Positions 8,121 through 18,284 of a stretch of DNA of 34,045 nt are shown here, piece by piece (the stretch's first letter is position 1; the number at the start of each line of letters is the position of its first letter). Source of the DNA: Syntrophomonadaceae bacterium (GTDB lineage Bacteria > Bacillota > Dethiobacteria > DTU022); assembly GCA_007131435.1 (NCBI GenBank), contig SLQM01000188.1:1-34045 (forward strand), in the 5' to 3' direction. Below the pieces are notes generated by a model. That model saw nothing but the letters and a program-made list of their open reading frames with translations. It made no database searches and had not been told where the DNA came from. Position numbers and translations under genes: made by a program.

Positions 8121-8286
8121 GAACCATGCTCCTTCCAGGTCATTACAATTAGAGTGTTTATAATTTATCAATAATTTTACATAGTGATTGTATCCCATCA
8201 AAAATAATTAGACAATATAGAAATAATGATTTTTCTTTGCAGGAGGAATTAGTAAAGCTGTAGAAAATTGTTTCCATCCTTTAATC

Positions 8287-9435
8287 TTGGGGGGTAACGC
8301 TATAAAAATTTTAATTGCTCCTGATAAATTCAAAGGCTCTATGACCGCCATAGAGGCCGCTAATTCCATCGCCCTGGGCATAAAAAAAGTTAACCCAGGC
8401 GCTAAATTGGTTAAGCTTCCACTATCTGATGGTGGAGAAGGGCTTGTCGATGTCATGGTCAATGCAGCTGGCGGAACCGTAATTGAGACGATGGTAACTG
8501 GTCCACTGGGCAACCCGGTCAAGGCAAAATGGGGATTGATTGAAGATAAGGTGAAAGCCGTTATTGAGATGTCTGCTGCCTCAGGCTTAAACCTGGTTTC
8601 TGAAAGCAAACGAAATCCTTCAATTACCAGTACTTATGGAACAGGGGAGCTAATTAAGGCTGCCATGGATCATGGGTGTAATGAGATTATAGTCGGGATT
8701 GGCGGCAGTGCAACAAATGATGGTGGAGCAGGCATGGCCCGGGCCCTGGGCGTTAAATTTAATGACTTTAACAAAGAACCGTTAGCTGAAGGTGGAAGCG
8801 AATTAATAAAACTTGAAAGCTTAGATTTGAAAGAAATAGACCCCCGCTTAGAAAGAACAAAAATTCTTGTAGCCAGTGATGTTGACAACCCCCTTATCGG
8901 CCCACGCGGAGCTTCAATTGTCTATGGACCGCAAAAAGGCGCATCAGCGGAGATGGCAAAAAACCTTGACCGGGCCCTTGAAAATTACGCTTCAGTGATC
9001 AAAAGGGAAATTGGAATTAATGTCGACCAGCTGCCGGGCGCCGGGGCCGCCGGCGGACTAGGCGCTGGCTTAATTGCCTTCCTCGGGGCAGAATTACAAC
9101 CGGGCATTGAGCTGGTGCTTGACGCATTGAATTTTGACCGCCACCTGGAAGGCTGCTTTCTCTTGGTAACGGGGGAGGGCAGGCTTGACGGGCAATCGCT
9201 GCACGGCAAGTCGCCGATAGGCGCAGCCAGGAGGGCAAAGAAGAGAAATGTTCCCGTACTTGCCCTGGCCGGCAGTATTTCAGGCAGCCGGGAAAGCTTT
9301 CACCGTGAAGGTATAACCGCCTGTTTCGCCATTGCTGATGGGCCGCTTAGCCTGGAAGAATCAGTGGCAAGGGGCCCTGAGCTGTTAAGTAAAAAAGCCG
9401 CAGAAGTAATGCGGCTTATCAGTAGGATTTCATAA
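8287..9435 (+). CDS. glxK: Glycerate kinase (GlxK/GarK family)
   Basis: IAPDKFKGS, DGGEG, GIGGSATNDGG, GPQKGA, GAGAAGG and TGEGRLDGQS..GK; start codon uncertain. Confidence 0.93.
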   Translation: MGGNAIKILIAPDKFKGSMTAIEAANSIALGIKKVNPGAKLVKLPLSDGGEGLVDVMVNAAGGTVIETMVTGPLGNPVKAKWGLIEDKVKAVIEMSAASGLNLVSESKRNPSITSTYGTGELIKAAMDHGCNEIIVGIGGSATNDGGAGMARALGVKFNDFNKEPLAEGGSELIKLESLDLKEIDPRLERTKILVASDVDNPLIGPRGASIVYGPQKGASAEMAKNLDRALENYASVIKREIGINVDQLPGAGAAGGLGAGLIAFLGAELQPGIELVLDALNFDRHLEGCFLLVTGEGRLDGQSLHGKSPIGAARRAKKRNVPVLALAGSISGSRESFHREGITACFAIADGPLSLEESVARGPELLSKKAAEVMRLISRIS

Positions 9436-9443
9436 TTGCCCAG

Positions 9444-10079
9444 TTATTCCTGGCCTATTGTAATGGTTGAACCCTCTTCAATTTCTATTTCACTATGCCC
9501 GAATACTACTTCCAGGTCATAATTCAGGCCAATAAAATCGTAAACCCCGGGCAATAAAAATATAAATCGGCTAAGACCAGCCGGTAAAACTTCGTCACCC
9601 AGCATGTCGGCATCAAATATTTTATCCACCACTTCTTCGTCCAACGTTTCTTCTTCAAAATCAATACTGCCGCTTTCGAGGATAGATAAAAAGGCAATAT
9701 CTCCCTCGGTCAGGTTTCTGAACAGAACCGGCACTTTCTCTTCCCCACCAATTTGGATACTAATGCTTTCATCAAAATTCCTGGCCGCATTAATAATATA
9801 GTTCTCAAAAGTAAAAAATAGAACCGTGTATTGTCCTTCGGGAAGCAGGAAAGTGTAAGTTTCACCGGGTTCTATTACTTCATCACCTAAAAGTTCTTCT
9901 CCCCATTCATCGAGATTATCACCATAAAATACTGCAAAAGAAACGATTATTTCTTCTGTCCTATTTGACACTTCGACAGATATTTCATCTTCGGCAATAT
10001 TTGGTTCTTGATTACCACAGGCAGCTGCCATAAGCAGGCAGGCAATTAAAATAAGAGATAATATTATCTTTTTTGTCAT
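9444..10079 (-). CDS. Acidic lipoprotein of unknown function
   Basis: Signal peptide with lipobox LMAAAC; two internally similar beta-rich halves (LLGDEVIEPG / MLGDEVLPAG); GGAGG RBS. Confidence 0.7.
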   Translation of the reverse strand: MTKKIILSLILIACLLMAAACGNQEPNIAEDEISVEVSNRTEEIIVSFAVFYGDNLDEWGEELLGDEVIEPGETYTFLLPEGQYTVLFFTFENYIINAARNFDESISIQIGGEEKVPVLFRNLTEGDIAFLSILESGSIDFEEETLDEEVVDKIFDADMLGDEVLPAGLSRFIFLLPGVYDFIGLNYDLEVVFGHSEIEIEEGSTITIGQE

Positions 10080-10272
10080 AAGGAACCTCCGTTATACTTA
10101 ATCCTGGTCAGCTCAGAAAAAATCTAAACTAAAAAATTTTATTAAAAAATTTTCAGCTTGCCTTTGTCATTTTATCATATCTGTTTTTATAATCAAGTTA
10201 TACTGTCTAAAAAAAAGCTTTCAAGTATAATAGTACCCAGATGCTTTATTATCAAAAGAATGAGGTGCAGCT

Positions 10273-11538
10273 TTGCTTGACTGGTTAACTAGAGACTTTA
10301 TAGAAGGAGCAGGAGTTATAATCTCAATATTTTTGATTATTTACCTGATCCGTAACAAGTGGAAAATGTACTGGGTTTTGCTGATCGCCATAACTGTCCT
10401 GGCTTTTACCAATAACAACAATTTTTCTGAAAACCTGGCCATTCTATATTATTCATTAACAAGCTATACAGCTTTCTACCTGGTAACAATGGTTGCAGCT
10501 ATTGTCCTGTTGGGACACCTACACCAGGAAATTGGCGCCATGGAGCAACTGGTTAACAACTTGCGCTACCTTGTACGAGATCCAAGGGCCTTATTAATGA
10601 TTTTCCCGGCAGCAATCTCACTTTTCTCGACAGTTCCCGGTGGGGCAATCATTTCAGCGCCCATGGTTGAAGAGACGGGGCATAAGCTAAGGATGTCGCC
10701 CACAGAACTGGCCATGTCGAACATGGTATACCGCCACCTTGTTGTACTGATCACCCCCTTTAACTCCAGCCTGGTTTTAGCATCAGGCATTACCGGCATC
10801 AGCATAGCCGGTTACCTGGGATTTACCGTTCCCGTTATTGCCATTGTATTCTTAATTGCCACCATCATCCTTCTCTACCGCTACCCGCGCAGCAGCATCG
10901 AGCCGCTGGAAGCCCGCGAAAGCGGGAGAACCGGGCAGGCCTTAGCTGCCGTTTTAGTTTCCGCGTCCCCTTACCTGCTGGCCATGGTCCTTGGCCTGGC
11001 GCTTGGAGTTTTTTTCCCCCTGGCCCTGCTGGCAGGAATTGCGGTCTGCTTACTGATTAATTTACCGGCCAGGGAAAGAACAAAAGCCCTGGGTAACCGC
11101 CTGGCAATTCTTCTTAAAGGTTTTAACTGGCCCATAGCGCTGTCAACCCTGGCCATTGTTGTATATAAAGATTTTATGCTGGAAGCAGAATCCTTTCAAC
11201 AGGCAGTTTATTTTCTTGTTGAACAGGGACTCCCCCTGATGGTGCTTATCGTGGTTTTACCATTCATTACCGGGTTCATTACCGGCAACAATACAGCGTC
11301 GCTCGGAATCGCCCTGCCCGTTCTAATTCCCTTTTTTGGCCCGGATATGTTCTCGGTACGCTATTTCGGAATCATTTATTTAAGCTCATATGCCGGGTAT
11401 TTCGGCTCCCCTGTTCACCTCTGCACTTACCTGACCAATGAATATTTTAAAACCCCACTCTACTCCCTGATTAAGCAGGTAAACATTTACGGGGCAATCA
11501 TGCTAACCGTGGGTCTGATCCTGGCAATTTTTTACTAA
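10273..11538 (+). CDS. DUF401-family integral membrane protein (putative transporter)
   Basis: Many TM segments; PGGAIISAPMV, NMVYRH and SPVHLC..LTNEYF motifs; GAGGTG RBS before TTG. Confidence 0.75.
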   Translation: MLDWLTRDFIEGAGVIISIFLIIYLIRNKWKMYWVLLIAITVLAFTNNNNFSENLAILYYSLTSYTAFYLVTMVAAIVLLGHLHQEIGAMEQLVNNLRYLVRDPRALLMIFPAAISLFSTVPGGAIISAPMVEETGHKLRMSPTELAMSNMVYRHLVVLITPFNSSLVLASGITGISIAGYLGFTVPVIAIVFLIATIILLYRYPRSSIEPLEARESGRTGQALAAVLVSASPYLLAMVLGLALGVFFPLALLAGIAVCLLINLPARERTKALGNRLAILLKGFNWPIALSTLAIVVYKDFMLEAESFQQAVYFLVEQGLPLMVLIVVLPFITGFITGNNTASLGIALPVLIPFFGPDMFSVRYFGIIYLSSYAGYFGSPVHLCTYLTNEYFKTPLYSLIKQVNIYGAIMLTVGLILAIFY

Positions 11539-11711
11539 TGGCTATAATACCAGTATTCATTCACTTCTTTAATAAAATTATTTATTCCTCTCTAACTTGA
11601 AAACCTTTAACAGCAAAGGGAAGAAACCGGGTAAGAAAATTAATATTTGTCGGCACCTATTATCCATGGTAAAATCCTTATGTTACAGCAATTTTAAAAG
11701 GCAGTGATCGG

Positions 11712-12884
11712 TTGATAAGCGAAAACATACACCGCATAGAGTTAAATAACCGCCAGATAATCCTGATCGGTACAGCTCATATATCCAAGAAGAGCGCAGA
11801 CGAGGTTAAAGAGGTAATAGAATCTGAAATCCCGGATACGGTTTGTATTGAGCTATGCCAGGCCCGTTACCAGGCGATGGTTGATAAAAACAGATGGAAA
11901 AACACTGATATTTTTAAGATCCTCAAGGAGCGTAAAGCCTTTCTGCTGCTGGCTAATTTGATAGTATCCTCCTACCAGAAAAGGCTGGCCAGGCAATTCG
12001 GCGTAGAGCCCGGACTGGAGATGAAACAGGGTGTCCTTTCTGCTGAAAAAGTAGGAGCGAGAATTTGTCTGGCTGACAGGGATATCCAGGTAACTATGCT
12101 CAGGTTGTGGCGCAACGTCGGTTTTTATGGCAAGCTGAAACTTTTTTTTCAACTTATGTTCAGTCTTTTTATGGGTGAAGAACTGACCGAGGAAGACATT
12201 GAAAAAATGAAAAGCAAAGATATGCTTAGTGCCGCCCTTGATGAGTTGGCAGGTTCTTTTCCCCGGCTTAAATCGATAATCATTGACGAGCGCGACAAAT
12301 ACCTTGCCCAGAAAATCAAAACAGCTCCCGGTGAAAAAATTATTGCAGTCCTGGGTGCTGGTCATATCCCGGGCATTAAAGAAGAAATCTACAAGGAACA
12401 TGACCTTGAAGAGCTGTCAAAAGTTAAGCCTGCATCAAAATCAACAAAGGTTATTGCCTGGATGATCCCCCTTTTAATAATTAGCATTATTGCCGCCACC
12501 TTTTCAGTTGACCGGGCAACGGGGATTGAACAGGTGATCAGCTGGGTTTTGTGGAACGGGTCGCTCGGAGTGCTTGGTGCAGCGCTCGCTCTTGCTCACC
12601 CCCTGGCCATTTTAACTGCATTTATTGCCGCTCCGATCAGTTCGCTTAGCCCCCTGCTGGCTGCAGGTTGGTTTGCTGGAATTACGGAAGCTTTTATGAG
12701 AAAACCTAACGTAGAAGATTTTGAAAATCTTTCTGAAGACATTCAGACTTTAAAGGGTTTCTGGCGTAACAGGGTTACCCATATCCTGCTGGTCGTTGTT
12801 TTTGCCAACCTGGGCAGTACTATCGGAACGATTATTGGCGGAGCCGATGTTTTCAGAAGGTTTGTTAATACTTTTTTCGGTTAA
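11712..12884 (+). CDS. TraB/GumN (pheromone-shutdown type) family protein
   Basis: LIGTAHIS, VCIELC..R, PGLEM, ADRDIQVT, IDERD.Y and AVLGAGHIPG motifs; C-terminal TM segments. Confidence 0.9.
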   Translation: MISENIHRIELNNRQIILIGTAHISKKSADEVKEVIESEIPDTVCIELCQARYQAMVDKNRWKNTDIFKILKERKAFLLLANLIVSSYQKRLARQFGVEPGLEMKQGVLSAEKVGARICLADRDIQVTMLRLWRNVGFYGKLKLFFQLMFSLFMGEELTEEDIEKMKSKDMLSAALDELAGSFPRLKSIIIDERDKYLAQKIKTAPGEKIIAVLGAGHIPGIKEEIYKEHDLEELSKVKPASKSTKVIAWMIPLLIISIIAATFSVDRATGIEQVISWVLWNGSLGVLGAALALAHPLAILTAFIAAPISSLSPLLAAGWFAGITEAFMRKPNVEDFENLSEDIQTLKGFWRNRVTHILLVVVFANLGSTIGTIIGGADVFRRFVNTFFG

Positions 12885-12914
12885 GGCCATTTGGCGAACC
12901 AACAGTAATGAAAA

Positions 12915-12939
12915 AAAACCAGCCGTGTTGGCTGGTTTT
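12915..12939. terminator. Bidirectional intrinsic terminator
   Basis: AAAACCAGCC-gtgtt-GGCTGGTTTT between convergent genes. Confidence 0.8.
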
Positions 12940-12964
12940 GTAATAAAGTTATGAAAACAGGTCT

Positions 12965-14071
12965 TTATGCACTTCGATCTGCAAGAAAATAGGCAGAAAG
13001 CGCTGCTGTTATGGGAACTGAGAAAATCAGGCCAATGCTGCCAGCTATGCCACGGACAAATTCCGTTGCTATAAGGTCCATGTTGATCACTTTCAGGTAA
13101 TCGATTTCATAGCCCATTACCAGCAGCAGCATGGGTATTGCTGCGCCCACATAAGCCAGGATCAGGGTATTGGCCATGGTTCCCATTACATCTTGCCCTA
13201 CATTTAGAGCACCTTGAAAAAGTTCCCGGGGTTTTATATCCGGGCAGGCTTGCCTTATCTCTGCCGCAGCTGAAGCTACGGACATCCCTATATCAATAAT
13301 TGCTCCCAGGGAACCGATTATAATTCCAGCAAAAAGAAGCCCCCTGAAATCTATGGTGTGATCCATAAAGTAAAGCATCTGCGCTTCGTGGGTCCCAAAA
13401 CCGGTCAACCTGGCGAGACTGCCAGCCCAAAAAGCCATTAGGCCGGCAATTACGACCCCGCTTACCGTTCCGACAATTGCCACAACAGATTTTTTGTTAA
13501 AACCGCCAATAACAAAAAGGGTAAATGTAACAGCCATTATAGCAGTAAATACAGCAAGCAATATTGGGCTGTACCCTACCAGGAGCAGGGGAAGCAGGAA
13601 CCTGAAAACCAGTAAAATTGTAACACCAAGGGTGATAATAGTCTTTAAGCCCTTCATCCGCCCAACGAGCAGCAGCGCAACAAGGAACACGGCAATCAGG
13701 TAATAAACCCCGCGATCACGGGCCATGTCCTGGACATAAGCCCGTTCGAAGTTACCTTCTTCTCCCACTGCTACAACAATTACCTCCTGGCCCTCTTCCA
13801 GGAGGAAGTCAAACACAGGGTCTCCGGCAAAAAAAGTATTCACAATTGTTATCTCTTTACCGCTGTAAGGGCCGCTTGTCAGGCGAACAATAACCTCCTG
13901 CTCAATGATAGTATAATAATCATGCTCCTCTTCTTTACTCTCATCAACTTCCAGCACGCGGCCCCGGTAAAAGAATTCTTTTTCCGGCTCATAATAATCA
14001 TTATCAAACTGGGCCCCTACCGGAAGTGCAATTATCAAAATTGTCAATAAAGAACAAATAGCTATTTTCAT
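12965..14071 (-). CDS. YibE/F family membrane protein
   Basis: GIIIGSLGAIID, G.NVGQDVMGTMANTLILAYVG and GSIGLIFSVPIT motifs. Confidence 0.88.
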   Translation of the reverse strand: MKIAICSLLTILIIALPVGAQFDNDYYEPEKEFFYRGRVLEVDESKEEEHDYYTIIEQEVIVRLTSGPYSGKEITIVNTFFAGDPVFDFLLEEGQEVIVVAVGEEGNFERAYVQDMARDRGVYYLIAVFLVALLLVGRMKGLKTIITLGVTILLVFRFLLPLLLVGYSPILLAVFTAIMAVTFTLFVIGGFNKKSVVAIVGTVSGVVIAGLMAFWAGSLARLTGFGTHEAQMLYFMDHTIDFRGLLFAGIIIGSLGAIIDIGMSVASAAAEIRQACPDIKPRELFQGALNVGQDVMGTMANTLILAYVGAAIPMLLLVMGYEIDYLKVINMDLIATEFVRGIAGSIGLIFSVPITAALSAYFLADRSA

Positions 14072-14156
14072 ACCTAAACCTCCCGTCCGTACTTAGAAGC
14101 CGGGCAAACAAAAAAGAACAGTTCCCTGGATTAAAAATAATTAACTGTTCTTTTCT

Positions 14157-14933
14157 TTAGCGTCCCACAAACAGCTGGGTATAGTAATGGCTGCCGTCAC
14201 TTTTTACGTGAATACCGATACCCACAAACCTGTAGCTACTGCCTAATATGTTATCCCTGTGCCCGGGCGAATTCATCAGGGAATTATGGGCGGCACTAAC
14301 TGATCCGCTGGAATTCATGGCCAGGTTTTCTCCGGCAGAACGGTAACTAATTCCAAAGTTTCTTAATAATCCTTCCAGGCCACCGTAACGCGGAGACGTA
14401 TGGCTGAAATAGTTGTTATCAATCATATCTTTACTTTTTGCCCTGGCAGCACGGGTAAGTTCACTGCAGACCTGGAGTTGGGAAAGCCCGGCATTGCTAC
14501 GGGCCTGGTTAACAAGGTTTAGCATCTCCTGCTCCTTGGCGCTCAGCGAGGAGCTGCTGACGGTTGTCCCGGATGCCACCTGGTTTGAAGCTGAAGGTTT
14601 ATCCGGCTGTGTTTCAACCTGCTGCCTGATTACCGGAATAGAATTGTCACATTCACTTTCAGAAAGCTGTGTTTTTAAATCAGGCGCTTTCTCAGCATCC
14701 AGCTCTTCGCTGGGATGTTTTATACTAAAAACCAGTTTATCCTTATTATACCGGTAAACCAGGGTATAATAATTTGTTCGTTCGAGGTCATGTTCTCCAG
14801 GCAGACCACCGTCTCCCTCAATTGCATGCATGATAAAATCAGGGTTTATGATTTCCACCATGTATAGCAGCGCTGGTAAAAACAGAAGTAAACCTAAAAA
14901 AAGGGCCAGGTGCAGGTATCTTTTTAACTTCAT
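14157..14933 (-). CDS. CAP/SCP-domain protein (YkwD-like), membrane-anchored
   Basis: LVNQAR, ARAKSKDM..NYFSHTSP.YG, AGENLA and MNSPGHRDNIL; start ATG 14933 after AAAGGA. Confidence 0.88.
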   Translation of the reverse strand: MKLKRYLHLALFLGLLLFLPALLYMVEIINPDFIMHAIEGDGGLPGEHDLERTNYYTLVYRYNKDKLVFSIKHPSEELDAEKAPDLKTQLSESECDNSIPVIRQQVETQPDKPSASNQVASGTTVSSSSLSAKEQEMLNLVNQARSNAGLSQLQVCSELTRAARAKSKDMIDNNYFSHTSPRYGGLEGLLRNFGISYRSAGENLAMNSSGSVSAAHNSLMNSPGHRDNILGSSYRFVGIGIHVKSDGSHYYTQLFVGR

Positions 14934-15076
14934 CTGCCGGAGTCCTTTCATTGTGCTGCATTAGTAGATAAGCTGAGATAACTACTACTGAGCAAAATAA
15001 TATATTTCTAAAACTACGACAATTATTATGACAGCTCTTCCTGGATCAATTTAATACCCAATCATCACAATCATCA

Positions 15077-15107
15077 AATATTCACCAAAACCCATTGTTA
15101 ATCCTGC
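15077..15107 (-). promoter_or_regulatory. SigH-type promoter upstream of the CAP gene
   Basis: GCAGGATT...GAATAT with AGGA-18 nt-GAAT spacing. Confidence 0.55.
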
Positions 15108-15129
15108 CTGGTTATTATACCAGAGATGG

Positions 15130-16638
15130 TTAAGCTTTGCTGATTAGGCTTAAATAGAACTTCACGACCCCACTTAGCTTTACAACAGGAATCCTCTCAT
15201 CCACCCCGTGAATACTGCGCAGTTCCTCTTTGCTCATCCGGATTGGAGAAAACCTTAAAATGCTGTCGCATATGGCGCAGTAGTGACGGGAATCTGATGC
15301 GCCCAGCATAATATAGGGAGTTACAATAGTTCCCGCGAAAGTTTCCTCTATGGTTTCCCTGAGCTTTATATACGCGGTTGAAGATGTGCTTGTCGATGGT
15401 GAAGCGTTATGACCGTGAACAATATTTACTTCTAACTGGTATGGTTCCCTGGCTCTCAGCGATTTCCCGGCCGCTTTTTCCGCGTGCACTTTTACATGCG
15501 TAAGTGCGTCATCAATGGGATTAACAGCCGCCAGGCGCAGGTTGGCAACCGCCCTTGCCTTTTCCGGGAGAACATTACTGGCCCTGCTTCCCTCCGCCAT
15601 TGTAAATACACATGTAGTCCTGCAGAGGGCATTAAGTTCTCTGCTTAAACGGGGCAACACAACTTTCAACAAGGGTTTAAATAGCCAGAGGTTGGCAAAA
15701 ATAATCTTAAAACCGAAGGGCATGTGCCTGCCAAGCACTGAGAACATTTCCAACACTTCGCCGGGAAGATATACTGGGAAGGGTTTTTTATTCAGGCGCA
15801 GGATAATTTTACTAAGCTCGCTTAAAGGAGTTAGCGGGCCCGGTGTGGAGGAATGACCTCCGCTGCCGCGCAGCAGAACTTCAATGTCGGCTACCCCTTT
15901 TTCTGACATACCCACAACCGCGATCGGCGACTTTACCCCGGGGAAAACACCTTCTACAATGGCCCCTCCCTCATCTAATACAGCGGCAGGGCGGATGCCT
16001 TGATCCCTTAAATGTTCAACTATGGAGAAAGTTCCATTGCCCATCGTTTCCTCGTCATGGCCGAAAGAAAGATATATATCTTGCTGCGGTGTAAAACCAT
16101 CCTTAATCAACTGCTCGACGGCTTCAAAAATGCCGCACAGGGTTGCTTTCGTATCGAGGGTGCCGCGACCCCAGATTACTTCATCTTCAATAATCCCCTC
16201 AAAGGGAGGATATTTCCAATCTCCGGAATCGGCCGGTACAACATCATAGTGAGCCATTAAAACCAGCGGATTATCTTCAGACTCGCCTCTCCACCTGTAA
16301 AGCAGTGAGTGACCGCTAATCAGCACTTTTTTAAGAACCCTGTGGCTTTCAGGATAAAACTCCTCAAGCAGGCTGCGAAACTTAACAAATTCGCCGTAAA
16401 GCTCTTCTTTTCCCGACGAGCTGGTGCCGTTGTCCTGATTTTCCTTTAAACCGGCGGATATAGTTTTGCAGCGTACCATTTCAGCCAGGTGTTCTGCTGC
16501 AGCTGTTTCATTTATTTTTCGCTCAGGTGCCGCTTCGTTTTCAACATGTCCTTTTATTTCTGGCCTGTGAAGCGCTGCCCTGGTTACAAGAATTGCAGCC
16601 AGCAGTGCCAGCAGGCCCAATATTACAGCTATTGCCAT
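15130..16638 (-). CDS. M20 family metallopeptidase/amidohydrolase (carboxypeptidase S / PM20D1-like) with an N-terminal anchor
   Basis: MAHYDVVP, GRGTLDTK, GHDEE, DEGG, GGHSS and IHGVDERI motifs. Confidence 0.9.
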   Translation of the reverse strand: MAIAVILGLLALLAAILVTRAALHRPEIKGHVENEAAPERKINETAAAEHLAEMVRCKTISAGLKENQDNGTSSSGKEELYGEFVKFRSLLEEFYPESHRVLKKVLISGHSLLYRWRGESEDNPLVLMAHYDVVPADSGDWKYPPFEGIIEDEVIWGRGTLDTKATLCGIFEAVEQLIKDGFTPQQDIYLSFGHDEETMGNGTFSIVEHLRDQGIRPAAVLDEGGAIVEGVFPGVKSPIAVVGMSEKGVADIEVLLRGSGGHSSTPGPLTPLSELSKIILRLNKKPFPVYLPGEVLEMFSVLGRHMPFGFKIIFANLWLFKPLLKVVLPRLSRELNALCRTTCVFTMAEGSRASNVLPEKARAVANLRLAAVNPIDDALTHVKVHAEKAAGKSLRAREPYQLEVNIVHGHNASPSTSTSSTAYIKLRETIEETFAGTIVTPYIMLGASDSRHYCAICDSILRFSPIRMSKEELRSIHGVDERIPVVKLSGVVKFYLSLISKA

Positions 16639-16653
16639 CGCTCCGGAACCTCC

Positions 16654-17352
16654 TTAAATCATTTCACGCTTATACATCAACCTTGCGGCACCGATAGCCG
16701 ACAGGGCACTGACAGGTATGAGGATTCCTACCGGTGCAGTGGGTACAATCAAGAAAATAATAACCATCAGGGTGACGGGAACAACCGCTAGCTTCCAATT
16801 CTTTGATATATATAGATAACCCAGCGCTCCAAAGAGGGCGGGAAGTATATTTTCAAAAGCCGGCTGCAGGGTTGGTGAAGCTAAAATGGGGGTTAGCTGG
16901 ACAAAAAGGAGAACCCCCAGGACTAAAACCAGGTTGGTGACCATGGAAGAAGTAGCTACGGCGATGGTTGATAAAATTTCACCCTGCCCTGAGCCCGGTT
17001 CAGTCTCGGTAATTTCCAGGGCGTTTAAAGCACAGGGCACTTTTAAATTAGTCAGATTGCCGGTAGTAAAGGCCAGGTAGGTCGCGCCGCTTCCCAGCAT
17101 TGGCGAAAAGGTAATCACCTCGATAATACCGATGGGAACATAAATCATCATGATCGGCAGCAGGCCGCCCAGCAGGGGCCCCGCTGCAGGCCAGGTATTA
17201 AAAAACAGGGAGATGGAGACAGGAACAGCAAAGATAACCAGGATTGCAATGCTCATCCAGATTCGGCCCATGCGGTGAATTGTAACTTCATAGGCGGCGT
17301 TGCCGGATTGATTGTTGATAATGCTATTTTTTTTTGCTGCATGATCAGTCAT
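16654..17352 (-). CDS. Integral membrane protein, partner of DUF5058
   Basis: About 6 TM segments; GATYLAFTTGNLTNLKVPC motif; start ATG 17352 after GGAGG. Confidence 0.7.
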   Translation of the reverse strand: MTDHAAKKNSIINNQSGNAAYEVTIHRMGRIWMSIAILVIFAVPVSISLFFNTWPAAGPLLGGLLPIMMIYVPIGIIEVITFSPMLGSGATYLAFTTGNLTNLKVPCALNALEITETEPGSGQGEILSTIAVATSSMVTNLVLVLGVLLFVQLTPILASPTLQPAFENILPALFGALGYLYISKNWKLAVVPVTLMVIIFLIVPTAPVGILIPVSALSAIGAARLMYKREMI

Positions 17353-17356
17353 ATCT

Positions 17357-18064
17357 TTAACCTCCCAGCAATCCACTATATAGTATTGACAGAGCCATGG
17401 CCCCGATCATGCTTAATGGCAGGGCAAAATCTTTAAAAGCTTTCAAACCTGCCCGCTGCTCAACTTGGATGCAGATCACCATCAGCAGGGCGGAGGAAAA
17501 AAGGGTGAGAATTGAAACCACTCCACCTGCCAGGGCACTGCCTAAAAAAGATGATATCAGGCCTACAAACATGGCCGATACCAGCAGGGCTCCCCAGCGA
17601 TTATCTTCAGCCTTGATCTTATTTACCTTTCCCTGGAGCTTTTTAAAGTAAGCAATAATAAATATCGGTCCGGACATGATACCAAGAGTCATAACCCAGA
17701 CAATCACCGAAAAAACATCTACCGGCACGGCAGCGCCCATCAGGCTGGCCCCTGTGGCCTGGGCTGCCGCTTCCGCTGCAGGCAGTTCATAAGTAATGGC
17801 CCCGATTACCGAAAGACGGATCCAGGGCAGGGCCAGGCCTAATGCCCCGGAGAGGGTTAGCATAGTCAGCAGGATTGACATTGAGGGAACAAGGGTAAAA
17901 ACAGCGCTCGATAAAACCGTTTTGCGCATTTTTTCTTCAGGTACCCCTCTTCTTTTTCCTTCCTGCCAGGCTTTGCGTAAAAAAACTATGCACTGAACTG
18001 TAACGAATAAGGCAACAATTGCTCCAAGCACAAACATGAAGGCACTATTCCTGTAATCATCCAC
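17357..18064 (-). CDS. DUF5058 family membrane protein
   Basis: LPWIRLSVIGAITYELPAAE and FALPLSMIGAM motifs; GAGGAGG RBS before GTG. Confidence 0.8.
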   Translation of the reverse strand: MDDYRNSAFMFVLGAIVALFVTVQCIVFLRKAWQEGKRRGVPEEKMRKTVLSSAVFTLVPSMSILLTMLTLSGALGLALPWIRLSVIGAITYELPAAEAAAQATGASLMGAAVPVDVFSVIVWVMTLGIMSGPIFIIAYFKKLQGKVNKIKAEDNRWGALLVSAMFVGLISSFLGSALAGGVVSILTLFSSALLMVICIQVEQRAGLKAFKDFALPLSMIGAMALSILYSGLLGG

Positions 18065-18284
18065 CGCGCTTCCTCCTCTAATATTTTGATCATCTCCGAG
18101 ATTTAAAATCTTTTAAAAATATATTCATATATTATTGCTTTTTTGCTTCAATTACAAGGATAATCAGCGCATCTTTCACGTTAAGGGCCTTTGCCGGAAC
18201 CGTTAGATATTAGCGCCATTGAGTTTGACCCGGTCTGCACCAGTTATGGTATGATATTCATGTCCAAAAAAGGGGGAATTACTA

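Noticed and set aside
11712-12884. TraB as evidence for a conjugative element
   Set aside because: This is the chromosomal TraB/GumN family; no relaxase, T4SS or integrase genes are present
14112-14154. 12-bp inverted repeat between the CAP and yibE/F genes as a mobile-element end
   Set aside because: AT-rich with a 19-nt loop and no transposase nearby; more likely a weak terminator
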